64,000 nt of DNA from Octopus vulgaris (GCA_951406725.2 OX597821.1:95170001-95234000), one strand, 5' to 3'; counted from the stretch's first letter, positions 13,625-28,802 are shown. Made by a program: numbers and translations. The notes: a model not told the origin generated them from the letters alone.

Positions 13625-13700
<76 letters not shown>

Positions 13701-13930
13701 TGTGTGTGTTTGTGTGTCTGTGTTTGTCCCCCTAGCATTGCTTGACAACCGATGCTGGTGTGTTTATGTCCCCGTCACTTAGCGGTTCGGCAAAAGAGAC
13801 CGATAGAATAAGTACTGGGCTTATAAAGAATAAGTCCCGGGGTCGAGTTGCACGACTAAAGGCGGTGCTCCAGCATGGCCGCAGTCAAGTGACTGAAACA
13901 AGTAAAAGAAAAAAAAAGAAAAAGAAAAAA
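13374..13930 (+). mobile_element. SINE family A with internal duplication
   Basis: CTGAAAGAAGCCCGTCGTATGTA plus (TA)n is duplicated. Confidence 0.9.
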
Positions 13931-14457
13931 AAGAAATGTTTCCATTACGTTTGAGATTTTCGAAGTGAGAGCTCACAAAATTGTTTCCAGAAATAATAGA
14001 TAGATTCCTATAGACAGAGATTGTAATATTTGGCGCATGGCATGAGGTTGATAGAAAGGATATTGTTGAACCGTTCTCTTTGATGGATTGGGGCAATCGG
14101 GGAAGTTCGTTGATGGCGATGAAGTTCGTTGATAGTGATGAAACTAAAAATCTGGTGAAGAATGGCAGTTTGGAAAGAGCTGAAGGTGAAGCTAGCAATA
14201 AATGTGAAGACATGTTTTTGGTAAGTTCGCTGCTAAGAGAGGGATTTTAGTTGAGGAATGGTAGGTAAGAGGATTTTTGTAAAGCCGGAGAGATTCTCAT
14301 GGCAATAGACCATGTTATTTAGGATAAAGGAAAGCTTAATGTTTACATGATATACGAAAACATTCTTTGATTCGCAAGTGATAGCCTTGAGGGGTTGTTG
14401 TGATGTGCATAAGCCTTCATGCTAGAAGCGGTAAGGGCACTTCCCCAAGGTGTTATA

Positions 14458-14690
14458 GGCGGCGAGTTGGCAGAATCGTTAACACGCCGGGCGAAATGCG
14501 TAGCCGTATTTCGTCTGCCGTTACGTTCTGAGTTCAAATTCCGTCGAGGTCGACTTTGCCTTTCATCCTTTCGGGGTCGATAAATTAAGTACCTGTTACG
14601 CACTGGGATCGATATAATCGACTTAATCCGTTTGTCTTTCCTTGTTTGTACTCTCTGTGTTTAGCCCCTTGTGGATAGTAAAGAAATAGG
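14458..14690 (+). mobile_element. SINE family B
   Basis: Full length. Confidence 0.88.
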
Positions 14691-15149
14691 TATTGTAGGT
14701 AGTGTTCTTTTTGTCAAAAAGAAATATGAGTAAAGACAGCTGGAGCTTGGAGGAGTTTAAAGAGCAATAAAGACAGGAGAACAATTTAGAAAAATCAAGA
14801 AGAATAATTCGGAACCAAAGTGACCTGTAGTCATTGTTGCTGAGATGAAGACAAAAAAGAGTGGTAGGGACAGTAATCTACGAAAGTATAGAGACCAGCT
14901 TTCAAGAGCAGTGCAAATTTATTTCTGCTATCTTGAGTCTAAATAGCAGAAATCTGCTATATCTGTAGTCTAGACCTGTCACTCTTGTCTAGACCTAGCT
15001 CTGTAGTCTAGTCTGTAATCTTGATAGCAGATTTAGGTAGAGAAATAAATTTATTGACCCCGAAAAGATGAGCGAAAAGGGACGTAACCAAGTAATGCAA
15101 TGCGTTTGTCATCCCTCGCTCTTCTTTCTGATGATGATGACGATGATGA

Positions 15150-15183
<34 letters not shown>

Positions 15184-15579
15184 GGTGGTGGTGGTGGTGG
15201 TTGTGGTGGTGGTGGTGGTGGTGGTGGAGGTGGTGGTAGTGGTGGTGGAAGTAGTGGTGGTAGTGGTGGTGGTGGTGGTGGCGATCATCAGGATTGGTTG
15301 ATGAAATATTACAATTGTCAGCGATCATGCTAAGACAGAAGAAGAGGCAGAGGTAGGAGTAAAAAGGAGAGCAAGGGAATAAAGGGGAGGGGAAAATGAT
15401 GGGTGGGTGGGTGACAGTAGGAGAAGGAGAGGGGGAAAAAAACAGAACATTCAACCTCCTTCTCCTCCTCTGTAGTTCCCATTTATTTCGAGGGCAATAA
15501 GTTAATGGAGTTGCATAGTACAATATACATTCATACATACATTTATATGTGCATATATGAGTGTGTATGTTTATGAATA

Positions 15580-15662
<83 letters not shown>

Positions 15663-15955
15663 GTATATATATATATGTATATATATATATGTATATATAT
15701 ATGTATATATATATGTATATATATGTATATATATAAAATTAATTAAGGGTAGAAATTGATATTTATCAATTAAGACCAGTGGTCTAGCATATTAAAAAAG
15801 AATCCGAAGATTAAAATATTTATATATACCAATTAAGGACTGAACACGAAAAGTGGACAGTCAACATGCTAGATATAGACGTCAAATCGCCATTCACCAC
15901 AAAAGATTATGTTCTCAGATCAAACTCAACACAAAACCATAGCAATAAACATATA

Positions 15956-16032
<77 letters not shown>

Positions 16033-16045
16033 GTATATATATATG

Positions 16046-16080
<35 letters not shown>

Positions 16081-16085
16081 GTATA

Positions 16086-16135
<50 letters not shown>

Positions 16136-16148
16136 GTGTGTGTGTGTG

Positions 16149-16191
<43 letters not shown>

Positions 16192-16734
16192 ATTTGCTAT
16201 GCGTGTTGAATGACTGACATCGATAGATTAGACATAGGAAATAGTGAACAGACAAACAGACAAACAGACAGACAGGTGCAATCAGAAGTACACACACACA
16301 CACACACACACGCACGCACACACACACACGCACACACCAACGTACGTAGTAAGAAATAATTAAGGTGGAGACAATAAGGGAAGGATCAGAGAAAAGCTAA
16401 AACGATAGACTTTCTAATTTTCCATCGCCTCCATGTTTCTCACGTTTCATTCGACTTCATCACATCTCTATTTTTACTTCCTCCTGTTCTTTGCCTCCTA
16501 CTATCCCCTTTCTCTTCCTCTTCCCTCCTTCCCTCTCTCTCTCTCTCTCTCTATCTTTCTCTCTCATTCTCTCTTCGAAATCAATTTTAATATATTACTC
16601 TGTTGATGCGAACCCGTCGCAAAAGTTTTCCGATGCAAATGTTAAATATAATAATATCGTTTATATTGTCAACTCCGAAGAGGTCAATATTATGTATACA
16701 CAGACATACACATTCATATACATACATACATACA

Positions 16735-16766
<32 letters not shown>

Positions 16767-17281
16767 CATACATACATACATACATACATATACACACACG
16801 CACACACATACATACTCACATACACTCACACACACGCGGCACACACGCGGCACACACGCACACACACATACATACATATATACATACATACCTGCATACA
16901 TATATGTGTGCATACATACATGCATGCATACATATATACATACATACACATACATGCAAACATACATAGATACATGCATACATGCATGCATGCATACATA
17001 CATACGTACACACACATATACATGCAAACATACATACATAAAAGCAAACGCATAGATGTATGCATACATGCATGCATGCATACATACATACATACATACA
17101 TACATACATGCATGCATGCATGCATACATACATACATACATGCATACATACATACATACATACATGCATGCATAAAATACATACATACATACATACATAC
17201 ATGCATATATACATACATACATACATACATACATACATACATACATACATACATACATACATACATACATACATACATACA

Positions 17282-17315
<34 letters not shown>

Positions 17316-17995
17316 CATATATTCAAACTTATGTTCATGAACACAAACAAGACTGCACACGTACACATACATCCATATACATATACATAGGCATACACAA
17401 AACCAGATATTGATATACACTAACATTCACACAAACAAACTCACACGCAAAGATTTATGTATCTGTGTGTGGCAGGGTGTATGTCGGTATGTATATAGGT
17501 ATGTATATAAATTATTATATTGACTGCGCCTTTGATGTAGTGCCGGTTCTGTGGTTTAGTCAATGTTCGTTGTTTTAATGCTTTAAGAACACTTATTGTA
17601 TCTCATGTAGTATTATCAGCTAATAAAAGAATATATTTATGTGTGAGAACGTGTACACGCACGCAAGCGCACCGACTGACGGACACACACACACTCACAC
17701 ACTCACACACATACACACGCACACACACACTGACACATACTCGCATGTACACATACTAGCATAAATGTATTTGTGAGTGTATATATAGATTATGTGTTTG
17801 TGCATGTGTGTGTGTGCGTATGTGTATGTGTGTAGCACATTGAGGATAAGCTGTGAATAAAAACATCGTTAATTAACTATAAAGATATATATATATATAT
17901 TCACGCATATACACACACACACATATATATATATACATATATATGCATACATATGTATTTATATGCATGGTATGTGTATATATATATATATTCAG

Positions 17996-18088
<93 letters not shown>

Positions 18089-18105
18089 CATATATACATA
18101 TATGA

Positions 18106-18323
18106 GGATGACCACTAAGTGGACATCCAGTATGCTAGATGTAGACCCAATATGGTCTGACCAACCTGGTATGTGACTAATCATTATATTTTGTATCTTA
18201 TCATTTGTCTTGCTCGCTTACATTCTGGCGTTTGCTGAATTTTCTTGAGAACAATCTTTCCTTAGTGGTCAGACCATATGGGGTCTACATCTAGCATATT
18301 GGATGTTCACTTAGTGGTCATCC
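18106..18323. repeat. 58-bp inverted repeat (18106-18163 / 18266-18323) in a (TA)n-flanked element
   Basis: GGATGACCACTAAGTGGACATCC...GGTCTGACCA versus its near reverse complement. Related sequence at ~15735-15890. Confidence 0.8.
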
Positions 18324-18458
18324 CTCTTATATGTATGTAATATAATTTTTTCTGAATCTCCAGATGTTTCAATATACTAGGCCACTGGTTTAACTTGATA
18401 TTAATCAAATTAATATTCAATTTTTTATCCTGATTATTTAAATGTGTGTGTGTGTATA

Positions 18459-18508
<50 letters not shown>

Positions 18509-18576
18509 TACACACATACATAATATATATATATGTATGTATGTATGTGTATATAAATATATATATACATATATAT

Positions 18577-18639
<63 letters not shown>

Positions 18640-19599
18640 AATCTAATACACTTGCTTGTTGTTCCTACACCTGTCTTCGTCTTTGTTTTTCTATAAATTT
18701 GAACGCTATATATATATATTTCTGGGTGAGTTAGAGGTTGGGAAACCAACCAACTAAGGGATAGTACCTATCCAATATACTCCAGGTAGTGTACCCAGCA
18801 GTATATTGGATAATTACTATTCATATCCAAGTGCTATACGAATGTTATATATGGGTGTAAAAAGTGGTTTACCCTTAATTTATACGGCAAATAAGAAAAT
18901 GGAGAAGATACAAAGACATACATCAGCCGGTAGACATTCTTGTATGTCTAATTATTCCAATGTATTAGAATGTATTAGATGAATACATACACATGTATAA
19001 ACCATGTATTACATACACATGTACTAATATTACAGGAAAGAGCAAAAGAGCAAAAGATCAGATTGTCAGTAGGTGCTAGTTCCTTACGGCCGTTTCTGCC
19101 AAGAGACAACGAAATCCTCCATACCATCTCCATCTCTTCAGTGTTTTGTAGGGATGGGCAGATAAGGTTTGGATGATGAATGCACCTCTAGGCTTCTTCA
19201 AAGGGTCTAAGTGGTTGGTGGTGGGGGGCTTAGATGTTAAGCTTAGATGCATCTATCGTCCCTTTAATGCCCCTTTTACCTCCTCCCCAATCCCATATAA
19301 AAATTTCCGTCGCTCCCTTAGGGACGTAGTGCCGACCATTTTAAGAAGCACTTATCTATGATGTCGCTAACCAGATGTCTTTCAGTGCCCCTACGAATTT
19401 AACTGAGACGATGTCATTCATTTGATTAGGAGTTCTGTTGCTTGAAGTGGTTTGATCGACAACGTCGATTAACTTTTTACGCATATTCACATGCGCGAGC
19501 GCTAATGAGCAAGAAAACTTTTCCACGTTGATTTAACCGATGTTTTTAATACATTTTAACAATAAACTTTTGAAATCTGTCAATACATATTAACTTATT

Positions 19600-19828
19600 C
19601 TTTTACTCTTTTACTTATTTAAGGCATTTGACTGTGGCCATGCTGGAGCACCGCCTTTAGTCGAGCAAATCGACCCCAGGACTTATTCTTTGCAAGCCTA
19701 GTACTTATTCTATCGGTCTCTTTTGCCGAACCGCTAGGTTACAGGGACGTAAACATACCAGCATCGGTTGTCAAGCAATGTTGGTGGGGGGTACAAACTC
19801 AGACACACAAACATATACACACACGTAC

Positions 19829-19887
<59 letters not shown>

Positions 19888-20037
19888 CATACGACGGGCT
19901 TCTTTCAGTTTCCGTCTACCAAATCCACTCACAAGGCTTTGGTCGGCCCGAGGCTATAGTAGAAGACACTTGCCGGACTGAACCCGGAACCATGTGGTTG
20001 GTAAGCAAGCTACTTACCACGCAGCCACTCCTACGCC
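19600..20037 (-). mobile_element. SINE family A
   Basis: Near full length, with a small internal deletion. Confidence 0.9.
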
Positions 20038-20618
20038 TATATACTTCTACATACTTTTTGTTAAACAGGTTTTCTGTATTTGATTTTCGAACAAACTTTC
20101 TCAAACGAACAATTTTATTTGCTACAAATTTCATTTGCCACTTTGAATTTTTTTCTGCTTGTCTATATTATCTGCCACTTTTCTTTTTGCTGTTTCTTAC
20201 CTGCACATTTAACGGTTTATATTTCCTGGCTTACACTATGATCAAATCTTATTTTAGGATGCAAAAAATTTGTCAGTAAAATGCGAAAGAAATGATGGTA
20301 AAAAAATAAAACGGATGACAACAACAATAACACAGGAATAGGGAAAGCTAAAATACATATTTGTTCATTATTGTGCTACATCCAAAAATAAGATTTCACT
20401 GTAATTTTTATTAAGTATGCATTCGATTTTAGTTTGAAGGATTTCGTGTGTCGGACTGGCGGGTGACAGAACTTGTACTGAAGCCATTAATCAGTACAAT
20501 GATTAATGGCTGTACTTTAATCATTGTACAGCTGTGATTAAAGTACAGCTGTACTTTAATCAGCTGTACTCACTGTACTTCATCAATCCCAGTGATGACA
20601 ATGTTCATACACAGACTT

Positions 20619-21129
20619 CCGTAAATCCTCGAGTATAATCCGCATTTTTTTCCCAAAATTTAATGGTCAAAATCCCTAGTGCGTACTATATACGAGGTTA
20701 AAAATGAAAAATAATTTCTAAGCAATGTCCGAGTCTCTATTTGCTGTCTGGCAATGTTTATTCGGACGCAGTTTGTGATGTCGAGCACGAAAATACCTTA
20801 AGCTAAGCCTGAAAGCAATGAAGTCATAAAAGAATCATCCATAATTTGCAGTAAGCAACATTTATTAAAATAAAAGTATTCAGAAGACAGAATAACATAT
20901 AACAAAAACAATTTGCAAACATATTTACATTCCCCTATAACAGTTAAGAACATCACTATTATTGTATTACGCATGCGAGGAAGTGTTTGTTCGACTAGGT
21001 GCTGCTGGCTTAATTACGCATGACACAAGTTAGAGAAGGGGTGCGTATTATACACAAGGTTTAGGTTTTTTCAGAGATAGAGCCCCCTAAAAATCCCCTG
21101 CGTGTTATACTCAAGGGCGGAGTATACGG
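20619..21129. mobile_element. Tc1/pogo-type MITE
   Basis: CCGTAAATCCTCGAGTATAA ... TTATACTC..TATACGG|TA, with subterminal GTGCGTA.TATA repeats. Confidence 0.55.
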
Positions 21130-21631
21130 TATTGAAATGAAATACATTTTGGCAAAGAAAAAACACGCGACAAGTACAGAATGAGCGTTACTTTATTGAC
21201 ATAAGGAGGATTAAGTATGTTTAACAATCGTGAGCACATATTCGCAAATGTAGTTTGTTTTATGAACGAAAATAGTACTTTAATTTCAATGAAATTCTAG
21301 AATTTTCCAGATATAGATTATTACATACCTGTTGTACCTTCGCTCCAGGGAGGAAAGTTGCAATTCTTTCAGCCACACCTTGTTTCTCATCTACTGCACT
21401 GTCTCAACCTTGAATTTTTCATGTAACACAAAGATATTATCAGTTTCACACTTCCGGTTTTTCTTTCGATTATTTTAATTTCTTTTCTATTTTGCCGTCA
21501 TCACATGCGATCTGTTTATTTTCATGTCTTTTGTATTTTGCTTTTGCATCTTAAAATTTCGTATTATAAATTAAGATCTAACTTTAAATATTTTTCGACT
21601 TTATTCGTATTTTTTATCGTCTTAATTGAAT

Positions 21632-21858
21632 ACCTATTTCTTTACTACCCACAAGGGGCTAAACACAGAGGGGACAAACAAGGACAAACAAACGGATTAA
21701 GTCGATTATATCGACCCCAGTGCGTAACTGGTACTTAATTTATCGACCCCGAAAGGATGAAAGCCAAAGTCGACCCCGGCGGAATTTGAACTCAGAACGT
21801 AACGGCAGACGAAATACGGTTACGCATTTCGCCCGGCGTGCTAACGTTTCTTCCAGAT
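21632..21858 (-). mobile_element. SINE family B
   Basis: TSD TAATTGAATACC. Confidence 0.88.
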
Positions 21859-23124
21859 CGTAATTGAATACCATAACGGTCTTCTATGATTAACGAAAAT
21901 GATGACCCCGTAAAAAATAGTTAAACTGATGCCATACCATTCTGCAGTACTAAATTGATGAACTGAAATGTGAGTATCTGTAAACGAGCCTTATTTTGAA
22001 ACAGTACAACATATATTCATTTAACTAACTCTAGAGGAGAATTTTTATCCAACTCAGTCACTATGGTGACTGAATACATCTTTGCCGCCAACAGCTGGGT
22101 CGGCACTTCTAGGTGCAGCCGGCATAAAGCTTGATGTATGTAGTTGTAAGCCATGTTATTGTTTCTGTTTTTTGTTTTTATATATATTGTTATTAGGACA
22201 ATATATCTCGCAGAATAGCTCGAATGCCTGACTAAACAATTTTCAAGCCGCCACCCACATACCCTTTGATTGAGAGTTCAAATGTCATGGGGTTTCAATT
22301 CAGCTTCAACCCACCAAGGCCGATATAAAGAGCAAAAACCATGCATTGGAGTTGATTCGATTCACACCTAAATAGTGTACTTCTGTGTGAATCATTATTT
22401 TTTCCTTTCATCCTTCTAGGATCAAAAAATAAATAAATAAATAAATAAATACCAATGAGAACACACATTTCATCTTACCTACTGTAACTAACCCTTGCCA
22501 GCACAGCAACCCCAACGAAATTGGTTTTCTTGGATCCAGAACTAGAAATTATTTTATTTTCAACTCGAACAGAATTGGCAATTTCCACTTAATACATTTT
22601 GTACATGTATTAGAAAAGAGCAGATCACGTTTCATTAGAAAAAGTGAAAGGACAAACACGTGACAATTTGTTTTCCTTTCTGTTGTTTCATTTATTTATT
22701 CGTTATTTTTGTAATAGAAAGCTTCAGGGAGAATACAGGTTGATTTAAAATTAAAATTAAAAAACAAAATGTATTTACTTACATTGTCGTATTTATAAAC
22801 AGAGCTATCTGTCAAATGCAAACACCGTGAGTACACACTGGTTGGCATATACACTGACTTAATACATAACACATAACACACTCACACACAGCGTACCACT
22901 TAGCAGACGATAACTTTATCTACATCGAGATTCTGTTCAAACAATTCGTTAAACTACGAATTTAGAAGCTTCTACAGACAAATTACTCATTACTTTATTT
23001 TTTCTATTTTTTTTTCTTTTTCTTTTGCCATTTTCTATGCTTGCTCGCAAACGTCAACAACAAGGAACTGTCGTGAAAGTGATATATATATATGTGTGTG
23101 TGTGTGTGTATGCATGTAGGTATG

Positions 23125-23161
<37 letters not shown>

Positions 23162-23653
23162 GCATACACAAACACACAAATGTATTTATACATATAATAC
23201 TACATACATACGCACACGCGCGCGCGTGAAGTAGATTTGTAAAGTAAAGAAAACCGAAACTAGGACATCTAACAAAATCTCAAGTCTCACCTGCTATCAA
23301 ATAAGTTGCTCGATACACTCCACACACATACACACAATAAACACACACGTGTATATACACATATGTGTGTGTGTTTATGTGTGTACAAACACGCACAATC
23401 TATATATGTACACACACACACACACATATATTCAACTGAGCTTTATGCCGTTCTTAATAGACCCGTTCAGACGGTAGCTTAATGATGCCGCATAAAAAAG
23501 TGTTCATTTGTCCATGTAAACATGTCTGTGTGTCTATACATGTGCGCGAATGTGTGAATGTGTGTATGTGTAAATAGATAGATACATACATACATACATA
23601 CATACATACATACATACATACATACATACATACATACATACATACATACATAC

Positions 23654-23736
<83 letters not shown>

Positions 23737-23857
23737 TACGTGTTTGTATATACAGTTCACTGTACAGTGAAAATACATACAAAAAAGCACATATACCCAT
23801 ACATCTACACGCACACACGCACACACGCACGCACACAAATGTATGTATATATGTATG

Positions 23858-24026
<169 letters not shown>

Positions 24027-24066
24027 TTATATTCTTTTCGTCTTTTATGTTTAGTCCTATATATGT

Positions 24067-24104
<38 letters not shown>

Positions 24105-24105
24105 C

Positions 24106-24172
<67 letters not shown>

Positions 24173-24531
24173 TTACTTGTGTGTGTGTAGGTGCACGACC
24201 GTATGTGTGTCTGCATGAATAACCGTATATGTGTGTGCTAATTCTCAACTGGCAGAAGATGCTAAAGTGCTCTACAGGTCAGGGAGGACAGACACTCAGA
24301 CACGTGTGCATAACCGAATACACGCCGAATAAACGCAATTAAACACGGGCATATATATATATACATACATATACGTATGTACAAAAGTACATATAATCTA
24401 TTCACAGACATACTCAGATATATGGAAAGGGGCAGAGATATAGTGAGAGAGAGTGGAGGGAGAGACGAGGAAGTTAATTAGTACATAAAATACTATGGTT
24501 TCGTGAAATTATTTATGTGCATGTGTGCGTA

Positions 24532-24569
<38 letters not shown>

Positions 24570-24830
24570 AACAGACAGACAGACAGACAGACAAGCAGAC
24601 CGAGGGAGAGTGTATGCGCGCATGCGTGTGTACGTATATGGGTATGTCTGTGAATATGTATATATGTATACATAAATACATGTATATATATATATATACT
24701 AAATCCCAAAACGAAATATGTGTATGTATATATAGCTAAAGTGGTAGAACAGTGTCTTCAAGTAAGTCAGTATGAGAAGTACACATAAGCATATACATGT
24801 GTGTGTATGTATGTTTATGTATGTATGTGT

Positions 24831-24912
<82 letters not shown>

Positions 24913-24914
24913 AT

Positions 24915-25588
24915 AAGAGATCAAAGTGTACGTGCCCCGCTATATGTATATAAAAAGAAAACAAAAAATGGCACAAGAACGCAACAGGCGACAACAAAAC
25001 ATCCAGACAGATGATACAAAAAAGGACAAGAAAAACAAGGACGGGTCATTCGGAGTTTTCTTTCGTCAGTTGAATTCCAGATTATCTTTGCAGTTTCGGC
25101 TGGTTATACTCGAGACTGCTCCAATCTTGCCAGCCCCAAAGAAAATCTAAGCTAAGAGCACTAGATTCTTTGGAAGAAAGCAGCGAATGTATACGAAAAA
25201 CAAGGACGGGAAAAAAAACGGAGAAATGGTACACAAATACAAATGTAAGCAACAGGACATCAACAACAGGTGTCTTTCGACTAAGGAGGAATTAAATTAA
25301 GCTGGCGTGTGTGGAAGTGAAGCCCTACGGCAGGGACATAAGAGATGACAGGCATGGGAAGGAATATAGATGTTGCACGGATGGTAGTCGAACCAAGAAA
25401 GAAAGGTCAGGCTTAGCCGAACACCGCTAGCGTGGAAGCAGAGGAGAGAGGTAGAGGCAGAGGGATAGAAGAATTAATGGGTACCGAGAAAAAAGAAAAG
25501 GGATAGAGTGAAGTGAAAAGGGAGGGAAGGTGAGAATGAAGGGAAGGCCAGGAAATGTGAGAGAACGAAGTAAGTGTGAATGGGCTGA

Positions 25589-25623
<35 letters not shown>

Positions 25624-25652
25624 TCTACAAAATTTATATAGAATAAGAGAGT

Positions 25653-25731
<79 letters not shown>

Positions 25732-26260
25732 TTACATATAAGAGACAAAAGTGTACGTACGCCGCTATATATATATTTAAAAAAGAATACAAAAAATGAG
25801 ACAAGAACGCAACAGGCGACAAGACATCCAGACAGTTAGATGATGCAAAAAGGGACAAGAATAAACAAGGGTGGATCATTCGGAGTTTTCTTTCGTCAGT
25901 CGAGTTCCAATTTATCTTTGCAATTTCGGCTGGTTATGCTCGAGACTGCTCAAATCTGCTAGAACACTGGTAGTGTGGAAGGAGAGGAAAGAGGTAGAGG
26001 TAGAGGGATATAAGAATTAGGGAGGGACGAGAAAAAAGAAAAGGGACAGAGGGAAGTGAAAGAGGAGGGAAGGTGCAAATTGGAGCAGTCTCGAGTATAA
26101 CTAGCCGAAACAGCAAAAGTAATATGGAACTCGACTGACAAAAGAAAACTCCGGATGACCCGTCCTTGTTTCTTCTTGTCCTTTTTTGTATCATCTAACT
26201 GTCTGGATGTCTTGTTTGTTGTCGCCTGTTGCGTTCTTGTCCCATTTTTTGTTTCTTTTA
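24915..26260. mobile_element. (TA)n-flanked repeat family, three partial copies (two direct, one inverted), Penelope-like pLTR architecture
   Basis: ACAAGAACGCAACAGGCGAC...CTCGAGACTGCTC at ~24970 (+), ~25800 (+) and ~26083-26250 (-). Confidence 0.6.
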
Positions 26261-26337
26261 TATACATACATACATACATACATACATACATACATACATA
26301 CATACATACATACATACATACATACATACATACATGC

Positions 26338-26407
<70 letters not shown>

Positions 26408-26485
26408 CAATATGTGACCTCGTGAGTACCGCCAGCGATTTTTTTTTCCTCTGTCTTCCCTTCTCGGGATCTTTCCTTCTCCTAT

Positions 26486-26520
26486 GTTTCCGACGAAGAG
26501 CTCCGCTCGAAACGTTAAAC
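26486..26520 (+). ncRNA. Minimal hammerhead-like motif, U4C core, within a repeat at ~26405-26625
   Basis: gttt-CCGACGA-a-gagc(tcc)gctc-GAAA-cg-TT-aaac. An identical motif is on the minus strand at ~41056-41090. Confidence 0.45.
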
Positions 26521-26646
26521 CCTCCTTCTTCCCTTCTTTCCTGAGCGTCCAATAATACTATATTTGTTCCACGTCCTCGCGTTGTTGTGTTTTTTTTGTG
26601 TTTTCTTGTTTGGATTAACTTTATATATATATATATATGTGTGTGT

Positions 26647-26768
<122 letters not shown>

Positions 26769-26809
26769 CATACATATATATATTAAATGCAGTTAAATAT
26801 GTCCGGTGA

Positions 26810-26873
26810 TAGAGTGACCAATGGCCTCGCATCCATAAAGCTTAGCGCTTTATGGACGATTCATCAGACTCTA
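26810..26873 (-). ncRNA. Degenerate type-I hammerhead motif
   Basis: Minus strand: tagagt-CTGATGA-long stem II (tccataaagc/gctttatgga)-GAGG instead of GAAA-ccattgg-TC-actcta. Confidence 0.5.
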
Positions 26874-26937
26874 ATGACGGATGGCATATAAGCCCTGTTC
26901 AAATCAGAGGTAAAAATCCGTTATATATATATATATA

Positions 26938-27508
<571 letters not shown>

Positions 27509-27536
27509 TGATTGATTGATTGATAGATTGATAGAC

Positions 27537-27634
<98 letters not shown>

Positions 27635-27635
27635 G

Positions 27636-27667
<32 letters not shown>

Positions 27668-27691
27668 TACGTATGTAAATAATATATACAA

Positions 27692-27746
<55 letters not shown>

Positions 27747-27869
27747 TATATACATATATATATACATATATATATATATATATTTCATATATGCATGTAT
27801 ATATACATATAGATGTAGGTATGTACATATATGTATGTATGTATGCATATGTTTTATTTATTAAATTGT

Positions 27870-27913
<44 letters not shown>

Positions 27914-28129
27914 GCATGCAAACATATATATATATATATACATACACGCATACAGACAAGTATGTGTGTGTGCATATATGTGTTTGTGCGGTGTGTATGC
28001 GTCTGTGTATGTCTATATACATTTTTAATAATAATAGCTTAAATTTGTTTAAGATGAAAGTAAGAATCGGTGTATTCCCCCATCCCCTTCTTTTTCCAGT
28101 GTTTGCCTTATCAGTAGAAGCCCGAACAC

Positions 28130-28220
28130 CTTTCAACTAGAACTTTACACTCTAATAATTCCCAGCTCGACTAACTGTTACGTGTAGCTGCTCATGCGCA
28201 AATTCACAAACCCTGCTGGG
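28130..28220 (-). pseudogene. PIF1-type helicase C-terminal remnant (Helitron)
   Basis: Translates EFAHEQLHVTVSRAG, resembling FSHGQLYVA.SR. Confidence 0.4.
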
Positions 28221-28758
28221 AAATCAATCATATTACTTTGGGTCATCTAAAAATGATAAATCGATAGTGCAACTATATTTCTTCCCTTTTTCCATTGATG
28301 AGCTTGCTTTATACTGATCGCAAAATATTTCCTTGGCTAGTTATTAATCCATTTTTCAATGTATTATCATAATTAATTAGTTTTTTTTTTCTTTTTTGTT
28401 TCGATTTTTCCTGCTTTTATTTTGTTTGTTTTTTGGGGTTTTTTTTACTTTTATTTTCACGAACAAAAGCTTCTCAGAAAGTTCTTCGTTATTTAAACCT
28501 AAGCAATTTGTTGTTGTTGTTTTTTCTATTGTTTTTGTGGAGGTGGATAATATCGATTGTTCTATTTCACAAAACCCCCACCGTTTTGGAATGTCTTTCA
28601 CTCATTGCCCTTGAGGCAACGAAAGAAATCATTGTAAAAATAATTCCAACAATTCTTTCCTTTATTTAGACATTGAAAACAATTACATACAATTCATTGA
28701 TGCATACACAATATGAAGCGTTCAAAACTATTATGTAGCTTACATAATAATAATAATA

Positions 28759-28802
<44 letters not shown>

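Noticed and set aside
13935-14900. Possible decayed LINE coding region on the minus strand
   Set aside because: The composition is coding-like, but I could not read a convincing motif.
21948-22140. Putative micro-exons (CTGCAG...GTGAGT)
   Set aside because: Splice-like motifs alone, with no ORF or homology support.
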